A stretch of DNA of 64,000 nucleotides from Entomortierella parvispora E1425. Taxonomy: Eukaryota > Fungi > Mortierellomycota. The number at the start of each line of letters is the position of its first letter. The stretch's first letter is position 1. Of the stretch, positions 13,554-25,598 are shown one piece after another. The notes under the pieces are model-generated. The model was not told the DNA's origin, did not search any database, and saw nothing but the letters and a program-made list of their open reading frames with translations. The position numbers were made by a program, and so were the translations under genes. Location of the stretch: NCBI GenBank assembly GCA_020891255.1, contig BQFW01000008.1:372001-436000 (forward strand). The letters are read 5' to 3'.

Positions 13554-14335
13554 ACTGGAGCGATTCTAATACTGTCTATATATCAGAGCTTTTTCTTATA
13601 CTTTTTTTTTCACAAAAAAGGCCAGGAAAGATAGTAGTGAAGATGCAATGTCAATGACAGGAATGAAATGAATGAATGAACAAATGAATTGATGGGTGAG
13701 TGGGACAAGAGGCGATTGTTGACTGAGGCACTTCGCTCCTCCTTCTCCTCCTCCTCCTCTACCCCTACCGTCACTTTACGCGGCCAACGTAAATCGGGAC
13801 TGAACGGGCTTCCAGAGCTTCTTAATCTCAGGGACACGCCTTGCATGTCCTTGGTTCGCGTGGCACCGTTTATTTGTTTGACCTCTGCTGTCTCTCCTCT
13901 TCTGCTGTTTCCTGCCTACGAACAATAGACGGGAAGAATCTTGATTGCCTTTGAGGTGCGAGCTTACTTTGGACAGGCAGTCTTTGGTTGACTGTCTTCT
14001 CAAAAACTACTTTAAAGAACGATACGCCTATTGAAGTGATAGACCGGCCTAGGTGAACACGTTCCCCTCGTGCTCATTGTCTTTGGCATACTCAATTCCT
14101 TGGGGCAATAGCGTCGACGACTTTTGTAGGCGCTTGCTTGGTTGGGAGTTGGAGTCAACAACACTTCTTTTTTTTCATATCACATGACCACCGCCACCAA
14201 ATCAGCTCTTCAACGCGACAGACGCGACGCTCTGCGTGATGATCCCTTCCTCTTTCCTCTCATTCATCACCCAGCATAGCACCAAGCCCACTACCCAATT
14301 GTGCCTTACTGCAGCATTTGTCAGTTTGCATTCCA

Positions 14336-17300
14336 ATGACAAAGTTCCAGGGATGGGGAGCTGCCATTGAGGCCATGAAGGAGTCCAAGCCCAGCAGCAC
14401 TTCAATAAGCATTCAGCAGGTGCAGTGGTCAATCTCATGTTGCAAGCAATGCGGAAATTAGAATGCTCAATGCTCAAGTCTAAACATGTCCTCTTCCTCT
14501 CAATGAACCGCCTAGGCCAACTCTGTGTTTACTGAATCCATGCACCCAAATAGAGCCAAGGATGAAAGAGGTACCTGACTCCAGCGGTGCCTTTGTGAGC
14601 TCCCAATGTGGAGCATTCTAAAGCAAGAAAGGACTGACACCTCAGCTTGTGCACCATAGCCCCCAATTTCAGAGCCACGATTCGAACCTTACTTCGCCAC
14701 AAACAAGGACCGTGGTGCCGTGAATGGATACTTGGTAAGTGCGATAGACGGGAAGTCTTGATGAAAATGTGGAGATACTTTTTTACTCACCACAATCTGT
14801 CCTGTTTTAGACACTTTTAGCAGGGATGTCATGGCCGTCGTTGAACCACTACTCAACGAACTCGATCAAGACTACAACAAGGATAAAACGACACAGGACT
14901 CGATGAAAGACAAGGACCGTTCTAGCTGGATGATCAAAGCTTTTGAAGAGTTGATCCAGGAAATCGATGTCCAAGTCCGATCGGCCCTTCACATGGCCGA
15001 GTTTTTTGATTCAGAGGTACAATCCATGCAAGAAGATGAATCCCTCAAAGTGAGCTCGAAGCTTGTGTCGGTTCTCTCGGGTCAGCTGGTGAATGCACTG
15101 CCTCTGTCCTTCAGCTCCATCGCCTTCATATACTTTCGGGCCGTCTTCAGCCGTGTTACCGCGGAACAAATGCAATCACTCGATACCCACCCCGGCTCGA
15201 CGATACCCCGAAGCGAGCCTAAAGGAAGATTATTACAGAATGGTCGGAAAGTCAGGGACCTTTATGAATCAGGCGACACAGAGATGCACGCTATCCATTT
15301 AAGCGATGGATCAGAGGATCTAGGGAGATTTCGGCAAATTTGTTCGAAATTACAGCATATCGGTATTGCGACTCAGATGGCAGAAGTGGCGACGAACATG
15401 GTACATCGAGAGATTGAGCGGCTGGTGTTTGGAGAGTTTGCTCGGAAATGGGATACCCCTGCTCTTGAGCAAGGCAAACGGTGGATGAGTAATGTGGCGA
15501 TCCCTTTCCTGAGGTCGACCGTCCTGCCTATCGAACACGAAGGTAAAGATTACCCAGAAAAGATATTGATGGCCTACAATATTGAATGTAATCTCACAGT
15601 CAATTCATTCTGCTTTGTATAGGCGACCATGGCATGAGAAAACTTTTTTGTCTTCAATCCAGTCGATTGGAGTATTACTTTTACAAGTGCTTTGGAGAAC
15701 TTCGGTGAGGATCTGTGGAGATCAGGACGTGCAGTAACCCAGAGAGATATTTCGGGAGGTTCTGGCTAACTGAGTCGACATTTATGACTTCTATAGGATA
15801 CAAGAATATGTGGATATTGTTTTGGACAGCCCGCACTCGGAGCCAGCTGTCCAAGACCTGCATGCGTGCCTCGGATGGACAGGACAGCAAGATCAACTCT
15901 TGAAAACCATCTTACAAGAGTATGTAATTATTGGTTTAACTGTATGAAGGTCGCTCTACCTTTAACTTGGCTGACAACCGACCTCGATGCGCGGATCAAA
16001 TTCGCTTTATTTCTGTCCATAGAACATCGACCCGAATTGCCCAACCAGGCGCTGGCACTCAGCAGATTATCGACTATTATATCTACAACATCAAGTACTT
16101 GCGGATATTAGACCCCACAGGCTCGTTGCTCGACCAAACCAACAGGATTCTCAACCGGCATCTTCGCTCACGACCCGAGACCATGCGCTGCATTGTAGAA
16201 GCGATTGTAGATGAGTCTGGTGATCTGCTGAATCAGCCTCCGGAAGGTATTCCCTCGAATGTGGATTCGGAGGACGACTCGGAGGCTTGGGTACCAGAAC
16301 CAGCCCATGCAGGGCCGGACCTGAGCACGGCAAGAAGACGAATGGCGGATATCATCAGTGTACTGGTGAATATTTACAAGTCGAACGAGTTGTTCATTGA
16401 GGAATTCCAGGCCCACTTGTCGACACGGTTGTTGCAGGCTACAGACTTTGATGTTGATAGAGAGGTACTAGACTTTGGCATGTTTTTGCGATGTGTACCT
16501 ACCGTCATATTGACACTTATCCATACTACTTTTGTTCGACTCTGATAGATCCAACAATTGGAGCTGCTAAAGCTTCGATTCAAAGAAAACGAACTTCATC
16601 ACTGCGAGGTCATGTTAGCAGATATAGCTGCCTCTAAGAGAGTCAACGGAAACATTGCGGAGGCTCGACCAGCGGTGAGTGGCGACAATGGCCTCTTCTT
16701 CTCCGCTGTTCATAATAGGCCCTTTTTTTTCAGAATTGTTCTCATTGTTCCCACCTTTCGATCTACTTTAGCTTCCTGTGCAAGCCGCCATTGTTTCACG
16801 GTACTACTGGCCGGAAATCGAAGAGACAAGGTTCTACCTTCCTGCCCGATTTCAAAGGCAAGTATCTCCTCTCTCTCTGCTATTGACATTAGCTGGCGCC
16901 CCTCGTATGAAACTTGCTCTGATGATCTTCTTTTCAACAGATATTTGGACAGATACACTGCCGGTTTTCACGATTCAAAGCCTGCCCAAAGACTCACGCT
17001 CCTACCTTCGCGTGGCTTGGTGGATATTGAACTGGAGATGAGAGGTCAGACTTTTGAATTTCAGATCTCGCCTCTTTCGGCCTCTGTCATCTCGCAATTT
17101 GAGAGTGACTCTCGAGGCAAATCCAACTGTAAGAACCACGATTGCATCAAGTATATGTCTATATGTCATCATCCAAGAATATTTCTTAACAATCCCTTCT
17201 GCTTTCAAACCTCGATGCACAACCTCAGCCCTTACCCTTTCCGATATTGCGACCAGGCTCCAGGTGACAGAGACGGTGGCTGAGCCCGAGCTTCGGTTTT

Positions 17301-17365
17301 GGATAGACCAGGACATTCTCAGAGAAGTGGACCACCATCGCTATTCACTCAAACCACCCAATTAA
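14336..17365 (+). CDS. APC2: Anaphase-promoting complex subunit 2 (cullin-like), divergent and C-terminally short; 5' exons tentative
   Basis: LRILDPTG, WVPEP, DIISVLVNIY, LSTRLL, LELLKLRF, CEVMLADIAASKRVN, IVSRYYWP. Stop after YSLKPPN. Confidence 0.8.
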
Positions 17366-17593
17366 AGAACATAGGATTCCCTTTTTTTTTTTTGGTTATA
17401 TACAATTTTTCACATTTTTAATGCTTTTTCATAAATGTTTTTGGGCTTGGAGGGGATTTAGAGAATGTAACAACAGAACAAGAGCGACATGACCGATCCT
17501 TGGAAGGGAATTAAAGAAGAAGTTCGTAACAAGAATGGACTGGAGACTTCATCAAAGGAGAATGAAGTCAAAAAAAGTTCAGGCACGGGCAAT

Positions 17594-19551
17594 CTATGCG
17601 TCGACCTGCATGTAATCGTTCATCTCGGCGTCCAACTGCTCGGCAGTCTTGGTCTCTCTCTTTTCGCCGCTGTTGCGACCACCACGACCACCACGGCCAC
17701 CGCGTGCACCACGACCGCCACGAGCACCCTGAGAGCGCTGGTTGCTGTGGCTGCTGTTGTGAGCAGGGGCTCTGTAAAGACAAAAAAAAAAGAGAGAGTT
17801 GATAAGTATATGTAATAAAATGATAAGAACCTGCACTCAAAATTCCAAGCAGGATGACGAACCTTGGGACATGTGCGGGGGGGAGAACAGCCTGAGCGGT
17901 GGTAGGTGCCAAGACAATCTCGATCTTCATAGGGCGACCTAAAGTCATGACGGAGAAAAGGAGGATAGGAACCGTTAGAAACGATGCATGGGCGGTAGGG
18001 AAACAATCGGTAATACATGGGAAGTCAAACTTACCATCCAAAGGAACGCCGTTGAATTTGCTGTAGGCGAGAGCGGCATCACCGACACGGGCAAAGTGAA
18101 CAGAGGCAGTACCGGTGGACTTTCCGTTCTGATCGTACATGAGGACGCATCCGTTCTTCTTGAGGGGTCCGACTCTGGAGGTGAAAACGAGCTACATGAT
18201 TGAAACAGCCATTGTTGCACATCGTAAAAAAAGAGGTACAAGGATAACAGTTGCAATGAAAGATATGGGAGAGAGAGGTCGAGAGGGTGTGTTGCTCTCC
18301 GTTAGACGTCGAAATCCGATGTTGCAAAAAAGGTCAAAAAAATAAAGGTCTGAACACGGCCAAGCTGCTCAAACTGCATGTCCAACGGAATCGAACAACA
18401 ACGCTTCTTCCTCCTTGCTGGTTCCTTCAACTTTTGGACGGATCGAAACATTTTCAACGCTGTACACACAGGTTGAGGCTGATAAGGTCGACAAAGGACA
18501 GCAGCAGAGATAAAGGTGCAACAAAGATCTCCCCGGCAAAGGAAACTCCATCACAAGGACACCGGAAAGGACGACGGGACGCTGATTGGTGACATGCACC
18601 ATGATAGACCGCCTATCTCTGGCCGCCTGCCTGCCTGACGAGGTTGGAACCAATGGCTCGCAACGACTCTCTCTCTCTCTCTCGTGCGCAAAATTAATCG
18701 CATCGACTCGTTGGCAAAGCGGGCTCAGGAAAGAAGCGTCCTCGTCATGTGTCCTTATTTTTCCGATCCCCTCCTTTCTCTCATACTCAAAAACAGCGTT
18801 CAGCGCGGAAAATGTCCCAGGTCTGCTCGAGGTTGGTTGGGTCGGCTGGAGAGTCCGCTCGAAAGCAGTGCCACACTTCCCAGTAGTGAAGCACCGCACG
18901 TCCCTCTCGGCTACGATTTTTTTCAGACGCCAGTCATTGTCCTCGCCCCTTGCTCCTCAGTTTCGCTCACAGTCCAACGGGGATATCACGCTCAAAATAC
19001 AGAGAGCACCCTTGTTTCTTCTATACACAAAGTGCTACGCACAGTGTTTTCAAGGAGACGACGGGCTTATGATGGCTTCCATTCGCTTTCTGCCAAGGAG
19101 GACGGGAGGAAACGCTGCTGAGGAGAGGGGTGCGACCGACTAGAATCCCTTTTTTTCGTAGCCGAAAAGGAAACCGTCTTGTAGGGGCAACGCAAGGCTG
19201 GCTGGTTGGATTGGGTTGATCAAGGTTGAGGAGATGTTGTATCTCTCAGGTTACCTTCAGGTCTTCTGCAGACACACGGTGGTCCAGGTTGGAGACCTGC
19301 ATCTTGGAGCCATCGGGGGCATTCTGGCGGATGACCGAAGTGTGGAGAGGGGCTGCAACAGCAGTGGAGCGGTACTGCTGGGCGCCGGCCTGGTAGGGCT
19401 TGTTATCACGACCCTGGCGACTGTTGCGGGTGGGACCAGAGCGGGTGTTGCCGCGACCTCCGCGGGCAGAGCTGCTGTTGTTGCGGGGAGGGCGGTTGGC
19501 CTTCTGGGTCTTGATGATGTCATCAAGGGACATGTCGAGAGCGGAAGACAT
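17594..19551 (-). CDS. YRA1: mRNA export adaptor Yra1/ALYREF (REF-N, RRM, REF-C), with a 1063-nt intron
   Basis: MSSALDMSLDDII, RRM (MQVSNLDHRVSAEDLK|LVFTSRVGP...FNGVPLD|GRPMKIE), RGG repeats, C-terminal AEQLDAEMNDYM. Confidence 0.93.
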
Positions 19552-20055
19552 TATGAGAGATTGCTTTGAGGAGGGTGGAAAGAGAGAAGAGAGAAGGTTG
19601 CTGGTGGGCTTGGCGTTGGTTCTAAAAGTGAGTAGGATGAGATCTGGAGTCAGCAAGGATGGTTCTGTAGACGGCGACAGTGATGACAGCGAGCGAGCAG
19701 TGGTTCTCGCCCGTTTGCTCGTTTATTCGTTCGTTCGTTCGCTTTACCTTGGGGCGGGGATGAAGGAGGAAAGGGGCGTGTTGAGTTGGATGAAGAGAGG
19801 AAAGAGAGAAAAGGAGCAGAAAAAGGACACATACACAAAAGGCAAAAGGGGCCAACACAGCACACCAACCAGAACGCAGCAATCCTGCCCCGTCAGTCTG
19901 CGCCTCCCTCCCTTCTTTCTGAGGGAAACGCTGACGTCACAGGAATGCGAGCACGTGACTATTGTTGTCGGTGTCTGTCGGTGCTCTTTTCTTGCCGGAA
20001 TCCGCGCATGCGCTCATTCTTTCACCAACCCATCCTCACTTAATCCCCCGTCGCC

Positions 20056-20545
20056 ATGATTGCCCCCGTCCAGAACCAGCTCGCCAAGTCGATGTTGACC
20101 CACATCACCATCGGTCTCACCCTCGGAGGGTATGTCTCCAACTAATTCTCCTTTCAACTTCTCAAACTCCCAGGACCACCTCACGTCGGAGGGCTTCGGA
20201 TCAATTCAAAGAACAGCTCATATTCATCTGGAAGCAAGAGGATAACGCGATGGATCAGGAGATGAACCAGGACCGGCGCTCGCATGAATGCATGTCTGGA
20301 GCTCATGGACTTTGTAGGGCTGGATAACACGCCAAATGGACCAAAACGCCCAAAGAATGATGCTATGACAACTTCACTTCCAAATCCGGACACTCCGAGG
20401 CCCCACTTTCTAACCCTTCCACCCGCCCTCTGTTCCATGTTCGTATCACAGTACCGCTGCCTTCGGTTTCTGGCACAAGATTGCCCTCGAGAACCGCGGC
20501 ATTCGTGAGGCTTACTACGTCAAGCTCAACGCCAACAAGGCTTAA
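20056..20545 (+). CDS. COX9: Cytochrome c oxidase subunit 9/VIIa (55 aa), exons 20056-20129 and 20452-20545
   Basis: The spliced product MIAPVQNQLAKSMLTHITIGLTLGGTAAFGFWHKIALENRGIREAYYVKLNANKA follows the yeast Cox9 pattern (IAP...LGG...W...R..FY). It is absent from the ORF track because it is split. Confidence 0.8.
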
Positions 20546-20900
20546 ATTTGAGAATAAACCGACCTCCTCAGCCAAATACCTCGCGTCGCGGAAACGAAGT
20601 ATTCGACCAATCCTTAAACCAAATCATCCATTGATTTGTGGTCTTCCCCCTCAAGAGAAAGACCGAAAGTACTCAACTCAGTGGAATCGACACCTCCGCA
20701 GTAGACTTTCTTTGAAATACACTGAGCTTTTTCTAATCTGATCTGTGCTGGCTGAACAAACTTGGCTCCTGGTGAACAGTGGATCTGCCTTCATAACAAC
20801 TGTAGCTGGTCAGCTTTTCAGGGATGGAAGGAAGCAACCAATTGAGAGATTCACAGGCCAGGCACGCACGCGTTACGCGTTCAACGGAAAAAAATTGATT

Positions 20901-21983
20901 TTAATTATTGAGATTTTGGTTCAAGTACTCTACAAAACCCTCTGCCACTCTGTTCATGTCAAGCAACGTGTGCATCTTGTTGATCGACGTGAATTGTCGC
21001 TTCAGCCTCCTCAGTTCGCTCAATGTCACTTCTCTTGTTGGTGGGAGTTGAATCAAAATGGTTGAAAGTGGCGCCTTGATCACCTTTGTGGGATCGCCCG
21101 ATTTTTGCGCGTCCAGAATTGCTTGGAGGATATTTTGGGTGGTTTGATCAAACTCGTGAAGATAATTGGTCTCCTTTACCACTTTCTAAAAGTTCAAAAG
21201 GGAACGGCATTGTCAGCGACTCTACATCGCCTCCATCGTGACTAGATAGAAAAGAGGATGATTGGAGAGAAAAGAGTGACTTACCACGACGGTGGACAGA
21301 TTTGGTGGTTTAGCTTTCTTCAAGATGACAGCGTCCCAGATCTCATCTTCTGGCAATTTGTCTTCTGGAACAACCAAAAACAAGGGCGAATCCCATTTTG
21401 TCCGTGAATCCGGTTCTTCGAATCGAACGGCCAACTCGTCAAATATCGTCTCTGGGTAGGCCCCGCTGATTTTGTTCCATGCTCTTGCCTGATCAGGGAT
21501 ACATGCGCAAAAGACCTGTGTAATAGAAGTGTAACGCCCAAAGTCAGATCAATCACTCATCCATAAAAGAGGTAATATAGATCTCAATGATCTACTCCGA
21601 GGCATAGCTCCGCAAAGTAGCTGTATCCTGCTTACCACGCAATGAGGCGTTCCAATGGCGCGAGCAACGCAGTAGAGTTGGTACCGAAAGCCCTTGATAT
21701 AGTTCAAACTGTCAACAATGACGATATCATCCTTGGACAAGAGTCTCTCGACAGCTGACATGAGGGCGCCTCTCGCCTTCTTTTCATCCGCTGCCGTGTT
21801 GTAAGCGACATGCTTGTTGAGGTTGAGAGATTCATCGTTGACAATGTGAATGCGATAGTCCTTTGGTTTTGTCGTCTCATCCTGTGCTTGTGATGCAAAC
21901 CGAGTCTCAAAGAACTGCTTGAGCTCTACGGCCCTCCTGCTTTTTCCTGAGGAAGGCAATCCACTGAGAATAACCAGAGGCAT
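20901..21983 (-). CDS. KTI12: Elongator-associated P-loop protein Kti12, spliced
   Basis: MPLVILSGLPSSGKS, IVDSLNYIKGFRYQLYC, RFEEPDSRTKWDSPLF, ELRRLKRQF. Confidence 0.93.
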
Positions 21984-22718
21984 GATGGTGGCGGTGGTGG
22001 TTGCTGAATGGTCCTGATCGCCTTTGCGAATCTTGGGTTCGGGCGCATTTTTTTTTTGGCTTTTTTTGCGGCAGACACGTGACCCTAACCGTTGGGCGCG
22101 CGGCGCCGGTGCTCCTTCTTGGACTTTTGGTCTTGGGCAAGCGGATGTCGGCACGGCACCCTTGAAGTTAGCTCCTGTCGCCACTGTATACTTCCGAGAC
22201 ACATTCCTTCTCGATGCGTGTATACCCTCCCCCCACCACTAAACACACTCACATCTTGTATACAGGAAGCAGTAGCAAAACTGCCAAGATAGAACGATCA
22301 GGGAATAAAACAGCTATGCCGCGGGACCCTTGTTCACCTTCTCCAGATCACTTACTGTCAATTGGAAACTTACGAATGCTACTATAAAGATACCCCCGTC
22401 CTGGTCTTTTCTTTGAGAAGGACAATCTTCAACAGTAACCGTTTCTTTTTGTTCTATTCTGTCATCCCCCCATGCAAACGGTCCTTCATTTTTTTCCTCC
22501 GCTACCTCTCGCTATCCTTTTCGGTCACCCTTTCTTCCTTCCTTTTTTTTTCTTCCTAGTCTTTACTCTTTTTTTATTCTCCTGCCCCTGCGCTTTCTTG
22601 GCTTCATCTTGTCATATGAGTCCGTTACCTCTTCATCCATCAGATTTTTCGGTCCCATAGACCGCTCTTCAAGTTCAAGGACACCTTTTCTTTTTTCCAC
22701 AGTCCACAACACACACAA

Positions 22719-25462
22719 ATGGATCCTCCCCAAACACGTCAGTCTTCTGGATCGAACTCTGAACACAACTACGACAAACTAATTGCTTCATATTGGAGAC
22801 AGCACCGTAGGCCAGCTACTTATCTTGACGACCATGACCACAGCTGCCGCCTCGCGCCACTACAGCCCTCATCTTCGCCACCTTTACCCCCCATACCTTC
22901 ATCAAGAAAAAGGCTCCAAAGGAAATGGAATCAGATTCTTCCCGAAGATATTGTTGGTGGATCTTCTACAGCCCCCGCCCCCTTGTCATCAGTAGCCACG
23001 GTCAACGCGCGCGATGACGCCGCAGTTTTGACTGGAGAGGATGACAGACGTAATAATCCCCTGCCACCCCTTCCCCTGAAGTCCTTGGTAACAGAAAGAT
23101 CAGCCTCTTCATTCATGGCTTCAGCCTTGGCCAAACTGCAACGTAAGAGTGCCAACAGCAGCAGGTCCACCAGCACTCGGAAGAATAAGAAAAGACATCA
23201 GCAAAAATCGCAAAAGGATTCGCTGGAGAGCAGTAGCAATCCAAGTCCTTCTTCATCATCAGGAACGGACGGGATCAAAAACCCCATTAGTATGGATAGC
23301 TCGACTTCCTCGCACAGTCAACCAGACAGCCTGAAGAGCAATGCCACGTCAGGTAGTGCAGTTGGACATGACAGTTTCGTCGGCAGGCGTGCCCAGCACG
23401 GCGAACTTAGCGCCCATCAAAGCGCCACCATCACCCTCCCGAGCAACAACAAGGAGGCCACGGACGAGACTAAACAGATCCCCAAAAGACAGCGACCCAT
23501 TCTACCGAAGATCATTATCCCAGACGGCACTTCAATCAATCTCTCGACCCCTCCTACGACCCCAACGCAACAGAATCCTCTTGGGCCAGCCATCCGACCC
23601 AGCCACATGACACCATGGCCATACAACTTTTTGCAAATCAACGAACGGTTGAGGAGGCCGACAGTGCCCCGGAAAGCATCCTCTAAAACAAATAGCCCGG
23701 TGGGGGGATCAGAACTTGACCAGAGACGGAGCCCAAGCGAGAGAGATACTCTACAACAAGAGCAGCAAACGCAACAGGATGGAGAGGACTCTATGGAAAC
23801 GACATTACGCAATGAGGTCCCAACTCAGGAACCATCTCAATCTCTGCAGCACGAGCAACAAGGCTCTTCGGGATTTCAGTCTAGAAGATACTCACAGGAG
23901 CCAGGGGAGACCACGGTAGGTAACGCGGGCTCGGTGGTAAGAACGTACGAGGTGCGCGGCTATCTTCCCGAGTTTGGAATTATGGGTCTCCCTATGGTCT
24001 ACTGTGCGGATTCCTTCTCGTCGAGTGAAAAATACGTGTGGTGGGGTTACGATGAACACGAGCACGGTCCTGGGGGGGTCTTCTCGGGTGCGTTCTGGAG
24101 ACGACGGTTCAGTACAAGGCCAGCACTGATCAACACGCTCAAGCATGCTGCAACAACAACGCTCGGGCTATTGATCATTGTCGCCATTACGTTGACGGCC
24201 TTGGGCAAGATCAAGCATCGGGACCAGGTATCAGATTCAATCCCGCGCAGCTTGGATGGCACGATCATGGAGGCGCAAGTGGCAGTGGTCAAGGACATGA
24301 GCACCTTACGGCTATCAAAGGCTGTAACTGATTCGACTGCTGCTACTCCTGGCGAACAATACATGATCAATCATCTGGACGCGGTCAGAACTGTAGAGTC
24401 CTCAAGGATTCCTGTCTGGACAGACCCTATTCGGAAAGAATGCTTTCAGAAAAAGTGCGATCTGAAGACTTTTGGCAAAGAGTACTTTGCGTTCATGGCA
24501 AGTTTTGAAATGCATTGCCGATTTTTTTTTTTTTTTTGAAGGATCGCGTCAAAACGGGTGATGCGATACAAGCTAACCCTTGCGTTCTCTGTTTCTGTCT
24601 CTCTTTCTCTTGTCAAACACAGAACCCAGAGTCGTTTGGCATTGCGTTGCCAGAGAATTGGCCATCTCTTTGTAACAGCTGCATTGAGATTACAAGGAAC
24701 CAGTTTGTATACAAGACCACAGTTCGGATCCTAGGCGATTTACAAACTTGCTTTGCACTCGCCCCAGAGGACGACCAGAAGCAGTCAACCCCTCCGCCTT
24801 CATATCCCCAGCCGCCACCACCGCCACTTCCACCCTCTCCCTCGCTATCTCCAGCCCTAATAATGACCTCGGCATCGATATCAACCTTGCCTTCGACTTT
24901 GACTTTGACCCTAAGGACAACGGCCACTCCCTCGACCATCAGGAAAAAGCACAAGAAACCGCATGCACCCAAGGACGACCAGGATGATCGGTCCAAAAAG
25001 GACTCTCACCTACCAAAACATCGCCCACACGGGCCGGATCTTCAGCAGCCGACAACCGCAAGTGTCTCAAGCTCGTCCGCCGATCCAACAAACCAGCAGC
25101 ACCCCCAGAACAATGACCTTCTTAATGTTAATGTACCACATGATACCGAGGCAGCAATGCCTGAAAGGATCGTCGCTCCACTCCAAAGAAGACAGGCAGG
25201 ACCTTCTTCTTCTTCCTTCTCCTCTTATTTACCCTCTACGACATCGTCATCTCCACCCATCTCTTCGCTCCCCCCTTCTCCGTCTGGAATCCGACTCATG
25301 TTACCACTTGCCCCTTCAACCTCTGACGGTGCTCCACAGCTGCCATACCTAATAGTGGACCCCGCGACTTTTGACAATCTGACGAAATTTGATAGTCGCA
25401 TGGTAATTGAAAACATGGATTATCTGCGAGTCCAGTTCCGCTTTGTGGTCTGCGAGCAATGA
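22719..25462 (+). CDS. Single-pass membrane protein: long disordered N-terminus, TM helix, degenerate RlpA-like/expansin double-psi beta-barrel
   Basis: 606-aa ORF with TM TLGLLIIVAITLTAL. A GC-AG intron at 24498-24622 joins YFAFM|NPESFG...LCNSCIEIT...VRILGD...C, then a low-complexity insert, then YLIVDPATF...VQFRFVVC. Confidence 0.6.
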
Positions 25463-25465
25463 TCG

Positions 25466-25496
<31 letters not shown>

Positions 25497-25598
25497 AAAA
25501 AAAGGAACCAAAAGTTTGTGGAGATGAGATGGGTGTGGATTTTATTGTTCTATGACCATGCGAGAGAGTTTACAAAGAGTAAGTCCGGGATTGAACTT

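Noticed and set aside
18369-19143. 176-185 aa ORFs inside the YRA1 intron
   Set aside because: They have no recognisable motif or coding-like composition and are open on both strands, so chance is likely.
24498-24545. Apparent frameshift at the poly-T ending the 606-aa ORF (CRFFFF*)
   Set aside because: It is explained by a 125-nt GC-AG intron with a GCTAAC branch point and a pyrimidine tract.
25466-25495. Long poly(A)/(T) runs as retroelement tails (also at 44095, 57950, 59185, 59775)
   Set aside because: They are ubiquitous in introns and intergenic DNA here, with no TSDs or RT remnants. This is a genome-wide compositional trait.
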